A stretch of DNA of 37,446 nucleotides from a virus (lineage: Duplodnaviria > Caudoviricetes): the IMG/VR virus record IMGVR_UViG_3300017702_000168, positions 1 to 37,446 of that record. One strand, written 5' to 3'. The notes below the pieces were generated by a model. That model saw only the letters and a program-made list of their open reading frames with translations, had not been told where the DNA came from and ran no database searches. Both the position numbers and the translations under genes were made by a program. Positions 1 to 7,106 of this stretch are shown here, piece after piece (position 1 is the first letter of the stretch; every line of letters begins with the position of its first letter).

Positions 1-123
1 CGCTCAATGAAGACCTGTCTTGCAGCTTTGATCCCTGCAATGTTTGCCTCAATCTGAGCGTCCTCAGCCTCCTGTCTTCTATCAGCCTCCAGCTTGCTCA
101 TGTAGGAATCATAGTCCTTTGCC
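1..123. repeat. Terminal direct repeat, left copy (circular-assembly overlap)
   Basis: 1-123 is identical to 37324-37446 (cgctcaatgaagacc...atagtcctttgcc). It lies inside a continuous ORF, so it indicates a circularised contig of about 37,323 bp. Confidence 0.97.
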
Positions 124-314
124 CTTTGTGGCCATGAGAACTTAGAACTCCATGCCTCCAGAACCTTCCTGTATCCATCCACCCTCCCCATCTCACTTGC
201 TGTGAGCTTGATGGTTCTGGTCTTCTTTGGGAGCTTGTAATAGACCTCAAAGGCTTCATATGATTTGAAGGTTTCACCCTCCATCATCTCCCATGATTTT
301 CCACTATCGCTCAT
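1..314 (-). CDS. terS: Terminase small subunit, 5' part (continues across the circular junction to 37092)
   Basis: Manual translation from ATG at 314 (GGAG upstream): MSDSGKSWEMMEGETFKSYEAFEVYYKLPKKTRTIKLTASEMGRVDGYRKVLEAWSSKFSWPQRAKDYDSYMSKLEAD..., in frame with ORF 37092..37424, about 181 aa in total. It has an HTH-like W..GET..YEAF..Y...W...W..RA..YD pattern and lies directly upstream of TerL. Confidence 0.8.
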   Translation of the reverse strand, partial: MSDSGKSWEMMEGETFKSYEAFEVYYKLPKKTRTIKLTASEMGRVDGYRKVLEAWSSKFSWPQRAKDYDSYMSKLEADRRQEAEDAQIEANIAGIKAARQVFIE

Positions 315-328
315 GATCATGTCTCCAT

Positions 329-356
329 AAAAAAGGGGAGAGCATAAGCCCTCCCC
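329..356 (-). terminator. Rho-independent terminator between the MTase-like gene and terS
   Basis: GC-rich stem (ggggagagc / gccctcccc) followed by a T-run on the minus strand, abutting the terS RBS. Confidence 0.65.
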
Positions 357-373
357 ATATCGGTTGTGATTGA

Positions 374-1117
374 TTAGATGTATTCATCCAGGCTGATCTG
401 TCCATCCTTGTAGGATTCCAGGTCAAGCCCTTTGGTTGCAGCTATGAGGGACTCAGCAAGCTCCAGGGCTTCATCCATCGAGTCCACATAGCCCATGTAT
501 CGTCTCTTGGCTGAGAGGACAGCACAGCCCATATCAGGGTGTGTGCAATGAGGCTCAAGGAAGACCTCTCCAGGGTATGAGCAAGCCCTGATCAGTTCCC
601 CCAGGACAGCCTTTGAGCTGTTGCTTGAAAGGACAACGTTGTGAGGCTCCATCCCAAAGCTCTCCTTTTCCTTGGAGATCCAGGTGGAGTTATCTGCTGG
701 ATGCCACACAGCAAGCTGTCTTGCGCTCCCTATAACAAAGGCATCACCCCATGTCTCATCATTGCCCATGAGGATCTCCTTGGTTTTCACCCAGATCCCA
801 TTCCTCACATGAGCATCCCCCAGGACATCCTGAATGTTCCCCACCTCATCAAGTCCACACATGAAGAACCCAAAGCCCTCACAGTGTTCTGAGAGGTCTC
901 CAATGATGCCTTGATTGACCAGACAAGACCCAGCAAGATCATCCTCACACCACATGATATGAGAGGGCTTGTAGCCCATGATCTCCTTTGGCTTGACCTT
1001 GTTGTAGTCGCCTACAATGATGGTCCATATATTGCTTGACGAATCGGTTATGATGTGAGCGTTTTTAATCTGTGTGATCACACACTCATCATGAACAATC
1101 TTGCTTAACTTCTTCAT
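374..1117 (-). CDS. Degenerate beta-class N6A/N4C DNA methyltransferase-like protein, probably catalytically inactive
   Basis: The C-terminus ELIRACSYPGEVFLEPHCTHPDMGCAVLSAKRRYMGY..EALELA follows the N6_N4_Mtase pattern LI...S.PGD.VLDPF.GSGTT..AA....R..IG.E. The N-terminal IIVGD resembles I..GD. The DPPY/SPPY and DPFxGSG motifs are both replaced. Confidence 0.65.
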   Translation of the reverse strand: MKKLSKIVHDECVITQIKNAHIITDSSSNIWTIIVGDYNKVKPKEIMGYKPSHIMWCEDDLAGSCLVNQGIIGDLSEHCEGFGFFMCGLDEVGNIQDVLGDAHVRNGIWVKTKEILMGNDETWGDAFVIGSARQLAVWHPADNSTWISKEKESFGMEPHNVVLSSNSSKAVLGELIRACSYPGEVFLEPHCTHPDMGCAVLSAKRRYMGYVDSMDEALELAESLIAATKGLDLESYKDGQISLDEYI

Positions 1118-1212
1118 TACATCTCCACTGTAATATTATTGCATGTAGGTAATATAGGAGAGATCACATGTGCGTGATCCCTCGCTATTACCAGATCTTT
1201 CCCAGTCTACAC

Positions 1213-1737
1213 TCAAGTCATCGTTGACACAAACTTCATCACACGAAACAGGTGTTCCTCATGTGTCAGTGGTTTGACTTTGACGAACACCCCAGCCTCA
1301 AGATCTGAGAATGGAGAGATGGATCTCTCACCCTCAGTGAGGGTGTTCAGGATGATCTTGTCTGTATCCATGCTCATGACCTTCCTGTCATCTTCCCAGA
1401 TACATCCACACCCCTTGATCTTTTGACCCCTGAGGACTTTCCCCCTTGGGAGTTCAACATTCCTCTTAGCAACCACATCCACCCCATTGAGAGCATCCAT
1501 GATGCCTCCAGCAAGGTTGTCAATGTCTCCCACCCACCTTCCATCATTGAAGACAAAGAGAAGCTCAAGGAGAACGTTCCCTGAGTATTTGTGAGTGATG
1601 TTTTGCTCAGCGATGAAAGCAACCTTTGTCTTCCACTGCTTCATGTTCTTTGGTGTCCTCATGGTCTTGTTTGCACCGCTGATAGGTCTGAGCTTTGCGA
1701 TTGACCGACCTGGAACGAAAAACGTTGTACTACTCAT
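1213..1737 (-). CDS. rusA: RusA-family Holliday junction resolvase
   Basis: Motifs VPGR.IAK.RP, DIDNLAGGIMDALNG and WEDDRKV match the RusA D.DNL.K...DAL.G / DD..V signature. Confidence 0.88.
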   Translation of the reverse strand: MSSTTFFVPGRSIAKLRPISGANKTMRTPKNMKQWKTKVAFIAEQNITHKYSGNVLLELLFVFNDGRWVGDIDNLAGGIMDALNGVDVVAKRNVELPRGKVLRGQKIKGCGCIWEDDRKVMSMDTDKIILNTLTEGERSISPFSDLEAGVFVKVKPLTHEEHLFRVMKFVSTMT

Positions 1738-2179
1738 GATCCTTCTCCACTGTTACACACTCCCCATCAGGGAGCTTGTTATGGTCTTTGGGCTGTCCCT
1801 CAACCTTGATGCTCCTGAGTCGCCCTATGCGCTCAGGATCTCCTATAATCCTTGTGAGGAGGATAACCCTCACCTGGACTGAAGTCTTGACTTTATCGCT
1901 CTCCTTGAGAATCGCGTCCATGTCTTTCTTACTCAATCCAGGGATTCCTCCTGTCTTCCTTTTGAATCCCCACTCCTTCATCCAGGCTTGAAGTTCATCC
2001 TTGAGAGTCCTCCTGAGCTTGGATGTAAACACCCCATATGGTTGATGCGCTCCCCACTCTTCAAAGAGTCTTACGCGCTCCTTGATGGCGAGGTGTGAAG
2101 CCACATCATACCCTGTGAATTGATGCCGTACCATCTTGACCTCCTGTGAGCGTCCCTGTTGCGTTGCTTTCTCTTCCAT
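1730..2179 (-). CDS. Hypothetical basic protein
   Basis: 149-aa ORF with GAAGGTAGG upstream and an 8-nt overlap with rusA; no recognisable motif. Confidence 0.75.
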   Translation of the reverse strand: MEEKATQQGRSQEVKMVRHQFTGYDVASHLAIKERVRLFEEWGAHQPYGVFTSKLRRTLKDELQAWMKEWGFKRKTGGIPGLSKKDMDAILKESDKVKTSVQVRVILLTRIIGDPERIGRLRSIKVEGQPKDHNKLPDGECVTVEKDHE

Positions 2180-2293
2180 TACTGCTGACCTACCTTCACC
2201 CCTTCAAGGGGCTTAGAATCCATTACAGACCCCTTCCTGAGCTTATTTATACCATTTCCCATTAAGGGGTTCTTTACTTTCATTGATTCATGG

Positions 2294-2830
2294 TCGTCTC
2301 AAATTCATTGTCTCAGACGATTTACCCTCACAGCCCTGGGAACTCTCCCCTCCCCCCCCTAAAGGGGGGAGAGGAGAGTCCCAGGGTGAGTGATGCGGTG
2401 AGACAACCAGTGTGAGACAATCGATGGACGGCCTAGAATGCGGGTGAGCGATTGTCTCACAAATTTGAGACAATGAATGGGTGAGACAATGACCTGTTTT
2501 TTGAACTTCCATAATGATTTCAACCACTTGTGATTGTCTCAAATCATTGTCTCACGTTTGAGACAATGAATTTCTGAGACAATGAATTGAGACAATGACC
2601 TGTTTTAGGGGTTGTTTCAAAAGTCGTGAGACAATCAATCAACCGCCTATCATGCGCATGAGACGACACCCTGAGACAATGAATCGACCCCTTGAGACAA
2701 CCCTTGAGACAATGAATCCCAAAACACCCCCATTGAGGGCATTGACTCAACCCCTTGAGACAATCGCTCAACGGCCTATCATGCGGTTGACTCACCATTG
2801 ACTCAATGCCTGAGACAACCCCTGAGACAA
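2294..2830. repeat. Iteron-like array of TGAGACAA octamers (putative replication origin)
   Basis: 18 exact copies at 2308r, 2399, 2413, 2452r, 2466, 2482, 2534r, 2547r, 2559, 2575, 2588, 2627, 2672, 2693, 2705, 2756, 2811 and 2823 (r = reverse), plus variants at 2294, 2612 and 2659. The array lies immediately downstream of the primase-helicase. Confidence 0.85.
2334..2386. other. 53-bp imperfect palindrome centred on CCCCCCT-AA-AGGGGGG
   Basis: ccctggg-aactctcc-cctcccccccct-aa-aggggggagaggagagt-cccaggg; lies inside the iteron region. Confidence 0.85.
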
Positions 2831-2874
2831 TGCTTTGACCCATGGGGAACCTCATCTGGGGCTGATGCGCGCTC

Positions 2875-5304
2875 TCACCCCTCATCATCAACCTCCTGGG
2901 TGAAGGATTTTGGGTTGCTTCCATCCAGATAATAGACACGTGATCCTTTTGATTTGCTGTCTACTTCTTCCCTTTCTGGTCCATCCTGATAGACCCAAAC
3001 CTCCCTGGATTCTACCTCCAGGATTGCTCCAGAATCGGAGTGCTTGAAATGAGTGGGGAGGACTGATGTGAAGTCCCAGACAGTCTCCTGATCATCCTTG
3101 GAGATGTCTTTACCCAACTGCATCCCCTCAACCACCATGAACCCATCTGAGTTGTGATGAGGCTTCTCCACATCATCAGGTAAGTCCCATCCATCAGTGA
3201 TCCTGATGTAGCCCTTGCTCATCAGCTCATTGATCTTTCGTGCAATGGATGAGCGGCTCCCCAGCCCCAGTGTGTTGCTGTAGGTCTCACAGAATGACCT
3301 GGAGGTGATGAGCCTCCTCTCCTCCCTTGCGAGTCTGTCCAGCTCCCTGAGGACCACACTGGACTGTCTGGAGGCTTCCAAGTCCCACCTTTGCCCAATG
3401 ACCTCACCAGCAATCCTCACCTCAGCATCAGCGCGCACAAAGACACCCTGATCACCTTCAAACTTGACCACCATGGGAGAGGGGGTCTCATCAATCCTCA
3501 CCTCAAAGAAGACCTTCCTTTCATGGGATTCCTCGCTGATCTTGCTGATCACCATCCCTGAGGAGTAGTATCCCCTCAATGCTCCAGCACCCCTGATGCA
3601 GTTGAATGGGTCATCCTCAAGCTCCCTCTTGGAGATCTTGGATGTGTGGTGGAGCATGATGATTGCAGCCTCAGGGTTCACCCTATCGCGCATAGCATCC
3701 ACCCTCTTGAGGAATTTGATCATCTCTTGGTTGTCATTCTCAGTGTTCCCACTGAAGACGTTCACAAGCGGATCAATGACGATGACATCAGGGAGTTCAC
3801 CCTCATCCCTCCAGAACCCCTCCAGGAGGTCCACAGCCTTGCTCACCCCTGTGTCATCCAGGGTGAGGTGGAACTTGTTTGTGATCTTGAAGTTGCTTCT
3901 AAACTGCTCCTTGTCCTGTGGACGTATGGGGAGGAGCTTGAGCCTCTTTTTGAGCACGCGCTTTGACATCTCCATGTTGAGATACGCTATCCTCCTGGGA
4001 GCTGGAACCTTCATCCCCAACCAGTCCCACCCCATTGCAAGGTGGAGACACATGTCCTGACACAGGAGGCTTTTCTGGGACTTGGGTGGACCAGCGATGA
4101 GGAGGAACTCACCTGGAGCCACAATTCCAGGCTCAAGATAATCATCAGGGAGGGGTGTTGGATCATCAATGAGATCCATCACGTCCAGGACTTCAGCCTC
4201 CTTGACATCCAGGAGAAGCTCAGCTCCCTCCAGCTCACCAAAGATGAAGCGCTGAGGATCAAGCCCTTGACGCTCCCTGGAGCGGTTGATGGACTCCACA
4301 ACGCTTGTGACAAACCTGAGCGCGTTAGTGTACTCATCCTTGCCCTTGTTCTCAGTGATGTCCTTGAACAGTGGTGGATGGTGTTTGGTGGAGTCATACT
4401 TGAGCACCTCAAAGAGTGTCCTCTCCAGGCTCTCTCTTCTCTCCAGGCAAGCACCCACAATCATCTTGAGGGAGTTGTTCCTCCCTCCAGCTCCAGTGAG
4501 TCCACCATGAGCCTCAGTGAGTGCATCCCAGTCTGATGGGGGAGCACCCCCTCCAGGAGCTTCAATCTCACCCTCCCACCCTGAGAAGAGATCCTCCTCA
4601 TAGATGTCCATGCTCTCCATCAAGTAGGCAATGGAGAACCTCTCACCATCGTTGCTCACAATGTCAACAGGACGCTTGTCATTCTCAATCTTGAGGTTGA
4701 GACTTCCAGGAACCCTCAGCACACGAGCAAGATCAAAGGTTGAGTCAAGGTGCCAACCTTTCATTTTCCATGCACGTTGAAAGTGAGCCTGAAAACGCTG
4801 GACAAAGCCCATCGCTTGTGTGCGTTGCCTCTCCCTCTCATGGTCCCCCTCAGGAGTCCCATCACTGGTGAACTCCCAGACCTCATCAAACAACCAATAA
4901 CAATGAAGACCTCCTCCACTGTGGATCACCACAGTAGGCTCAATGGGGAGGGCATCATCCAGCGCCTCCAGCGCCTCCTCAGTTGAGGATGGGAGCCTCT
5001 TTGATGCGTGGACACCTGTGGAGAGATCCACATCAATCCACACTCCAGGGATGAGCCTCACATCACTCTCACTCCCCCTCCCACTCTTGATCCCCTTCTC
5101 CATCAATCCTATGGAGTAATAGATGTTCTGGTCTCGCCACACCTGGAGCTGTTTCTCCAGGGATGTCCTGAATGATCCATCCTCAAGTCCTTCAATGGGG
5201 ATGAACTTTGTACGTCTTGAAGGGAGGGCAAACAAAGCAAGCTCACCCTCCTCAGCGTGCTCATATATCTCTTGAAAGAACTGTATAGCCTTGTCTGTAT
5301 TCAT
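2875..5304 (-). CDS. Replicase: RepB/AEP-type primase + PriCT-like domain + AAA_25 (RepA-like SF4) helicase
   Basis: Primase motifs WIDVD, HSGGGLHCYW and DLARVLRVPGSLN; PriCT-like GRNNSL; Walker A GPPKSQKS, YLNMEM, Walker B VIVIDP, HHTSK and RGAGAL. Confidence 0.9.
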   Translation of the reverse strand: MNTDKAIQFFQEIYEHAEEGELALFALPSRRTKFIPIEGLEDGSFRTSLEKQLQVWRDQNIYYSIGLMEKGIKSGRGSESDVRLIPGVWIDVDLSTGVHASKRLPSSTEEALEALDDALPIEPTVVIHSGGGLHCYWLFDEVWEFTSDGTPEGDHERERQRTQAMGFVQRFQAHFQRAWKMKGWHLDSTFDLARVLRVPGSLNLKIENDKRPVDIVSNDGERFSIAYLMESMDIYEEDLFSGWEGEIEAPGGGAPPSDWDALTEAHGGLTGAGGRNNSLKMIVGACLERRESLERTLFEVLKYDSTKHHPPLFKDITENKGKDEYTNALRFVTSVVESINRSRERQGLDPQRFIFGELEGAELLLDVKEAEVLDVMDLIDDPTPLPDDYLEPGIVAPGEFLLIAGPPKSQKSLLCQDMCLHLAMGWDWLGMKVPAPRRIAYLNMEMSKRVLKKRLKLLPIRPQDKEQFRSNFKITNKFHLTLDDTGVSKAVDLLEGFWRDEGELPDVIVIDPLVNVFSGNTENDNQEMIKFLKRVDAMRDRVNPEAAIIMLHHTSKISKRELEDDPFNCIRGAGALRGYYSSGMVISKISEESHERKVFFEVRIDETPSPMVVKFEGDQGVFVRADAEVRIAGEVIGQRWDLEASRQSSVVLRELDRLAREERRLITSRSFCETYSNTLGLGSRSSIARKINELMSKGYIRITDGWDLPDDVEKPHHNSDGFMVVEGMQLGKDISKDDQETVWDFTSVLPTHFKHSDSGAILEVESREVWVYQDGPEREEVDSKSKGSRVYYLDGSNPKSFTQEVDDEG

Positions 5305-5666
5305 TCTTCACCCTTGGGATCACACACACCCTGTGAGTCACCATCAGTCTCCAGGGGGAGACCGCGAAAGAACCAAGGACACAAGTTGATCCTGGAGACC
5401 CTCTCATCAATACCATTGATTGCAGCGTGCTGGTTGACAGCCTTCTCAATGTCCATAGCCCTCTTGCCATCAACCCCCACCTTCATCCAGTGATAGAAGA
5501 TGGAGCGGCTCACCCCCAGGAGGGATGCAAAGGATGTCACCCCTCCTACTATACGTGCGCAAGACTCCAGCTCTCTCCTGATGAGCTTCTTCTCCTCATC
5601 TGTGATCTCTTCAGTCTCTTCCATGAGTCCCTGTATAGGATGGTCCAATTTATTTTCCATGATCAT
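5301..5666 (-). CDS. Cro/YdaS-like HTH transcriptional regulator
   Basis: GGVTSFASLLGVSRSIFYHW...RAMDIEKAV...VSRINLCP matches the YdaS/Cro pattern GG..A.A..LGVS..AV..W...RA..IE......V....L.P. It is the first gene of the leftward operon. Confidence 0.8.
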   Translation of the reverse strand: MIMENKLDHPIQGLMEETEEITDEEKKLIRRELESCARIVGGVTSFASLLGVSRSIFYHWMKVGVDGKRAMDIEKAVNQHAAINGIDERVSRINLCPWFFRGLPLETDGDSQGVCDPKGEE

Positions 5667-5717
5667 CTCCTGTGTTCATGCGGTTTTGAGCGGTTTTGCT
5701 GTTCACTGTCGAATATT

Positions 5718-5746
5718 TTTATACATTTTCCCTTGCAATGTGTCAA
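5718..5746 (-). promoter_or_regulatory. Sigma70-like leftward promoter
   Basis: Minus strand TTGACA (5746-5741), 17-nt spacer, TATAAA (5723-5718), upstream of the cro-like gene. Confidence 0.7.
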
Positions 5747-5769
5747 ATGATATTGCACAGTGTTTGACA
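5734..5769. promoter_or_regulatory. Interleaved inverted repeats (candidate operators) in the divergent control region
   Basis: TGTCAAA(5741-5747)/TTTGACA(5763-5769) and TGCAAT(5734-5739)/ATTGCA(5752-5757) overlap the leftward -35. Confidence 0.4.
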
Positions 5770-5828
5770 TCAGGGGGGAAACAGCCCCACGAAACATCCC
5801 AAGAGGGACAACAGCCAAGAGGCACACA

Positions 5829-7010
5829 GTGAACACCATCAAGATCAAATTCAGTGAAGCTCAGACAGCCCTCCTTGATTCAGCTCATGGGGCTGAGTTC
5901 TACAACAGGGGAGGCGAGCGCCTCACTGTTGAGTTCACCCAGGAAGCTCTCCTTGAGCTTCAGGAGACTGTTGAGGGGATCACTGAGGCTGAGCTTGCTG
6001 AGGAAGCTGAGATGACCATGGACACCCATCAGGAAGTGTCAGACAACATGATCAAGTTTGCCACACGAGCAAAGATGAACTCCCTCAAGGCCATCAAAAA
6101 CAAGGTCAACAACGGTCTCAACAGCTTCCCTGAGGAAGTCGCTGAGGAAGTTGCTGAAGAGATCCAGACACCACAAACCACAAAGGAAGCATCCACCATG
6201 AACAAGCGAACAATCAACTCAGTTGCCAAGCGATTCAATGACCTCCAGACACTCACACTCACGAAGGATGACATTGCACCATCAACCCTCAGGGGATACC
6301 TGAAGAAGGATCTCTTCAATGTCACTGATGATGGACTTGTCCTCCCCACACCTGAGCTGATGCGCTCTCTTGTGGAGGCTGATGTCCTCACCTTCGCTCA
6401 TGGTTGGGTTGATGAGAGTGTCACCCCTGAGGAAGCTCCTGAAGCTCCTGAAGCTCCTGAGGAAGTTGTTGAGGAGACACCTGTGGTGATCACTCCAGGT
6501 GAGCAAGCCTTCAACACCCTGAAGGAAGATGGACGCTTCTCTCACTTCAAATCCTGGGAAGACTATCAGGAGCGAGGAACCAAAGCAGATCAGTTCATCC
6601 TCTCATCAATGCTCCTGGACGCTCCTGAGGTTGAGCCTTTGGTCATTGAAACAACTGAAGTCCTGGAGGCTCCTGTGGTCTCAATGAAGATCACTGGGAA
6701 GGTTGTGAAGTCAAAGAAGGTCAAGGCAAAGAAACCAAAGAAGGCTAAAGAGCCAAAGAAGCCAAGGGTTTACAAGACCACTGATGACTACACATCATGT
6801 GAATGTGGGGATAAGGACTGTGATGAGAAGGCATCCAACCAGGATGAGATTGAAGACCTCTTTGGGTGGAGGAACATCATGAAGGGTCCAGGTGGAGCAA
6901 GGGTCAAGGTTCAAGTCCCTCAGTCCAACTGTAGAGCATGTCGCAAGCGTAAGAATGCCAAGTATGCCAAAAAGAAGAAGGCTCTCAAGCAAGCTGAAGC
7001 AACAGCCTGA
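5829..7010 (+). CDS. Hypothetical early protein: acidic modules, Lys-rich linker, C-terminal Cys cluster (putative Zn-binding)
   Basis: Likely GTG start at 5829 after AAGAGG (the track starts it at 5760). Contains PEEVAEEVAEE and APEAPEAPE repeats, KKVKAKKPKKAKEPKK, and CECGDKDC...FGWR...PQSNCRACR. Confidence 0.8.
   Translation: MNTIKIKFSEAQTALLDSAHGAEFYNRGGERLTVEFTQEALLELQETVEGITEAELAEEAEMTMDTHQEVSDNMIKFATRAKMNSLKAIKNKVNNGLNSFPEEVAEEVAEEIQTPQTTKEASTMNKRTINSVAKRFNDLQTLTLTKDDIAPSTLRGYLKKDLFNVTDDGLVLPTPELMRSLVEADVLTFAHGWVDESVTPEEAPEAPEAPEEVVEETPVVITPGEQAFNTLKEDGRFSHFKSWEDYQERGTKADQFILSSMLLDAPEVEPLVIETTEVLEAPVVSMKITGKVVKSKKVKAKKPKKAKEPKKPRVYKTTDDYTSCECGDKDCDEKASNQDEIEDLFGWRNIMKGPGGARVKVQVPQSNCRACRKRKNAKYAKKKKALKQAEATA
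6432..6458 (+). repeat. In-frame 9-bp tandem repeat (GAAGCTCCT)x3 encoding EAP-EAP-EAP
   Basis: Read directly from the sequence. Confidence 0.9.
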
Positions 7011-7106
7011 GAAGTCAAGGATCATAGAGATAAACAAACACAGATGAGGGACTGTACATCCCTCACTACTCTCAACCCCATGAGGGGTCAAAACTAAGGA
7101 AGTATC

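Noticed and set aside
1-123. Biological direct terminal repeat or attachment site
   Set aside because: It falls mid-terS and is a short exact copy, which is typical of assembler overlap.
2294-2830. CRISPR array or mini-array
   Set aside because: The repeats are 8-bp cores in both orientations with irregular spacing. There is no constant 25-45 bp repeat with unique spacers and no cas operon.
2288-2939. ORFs 2288..2542, 2544..2939 and 2595..2801 as genes
   Set aside because: Their CL/SQ/VS/ET repeats are simply translations of the octamer and they lack convincing RBSs. Translation cannot be fully excluded.
5764-5792. Rightward sigma70 promoter from TTGACA at 5764
   Set aside because: No plausible -10 hexamer at 16-18 nt spacing; kept only as half of an inverted repeat.
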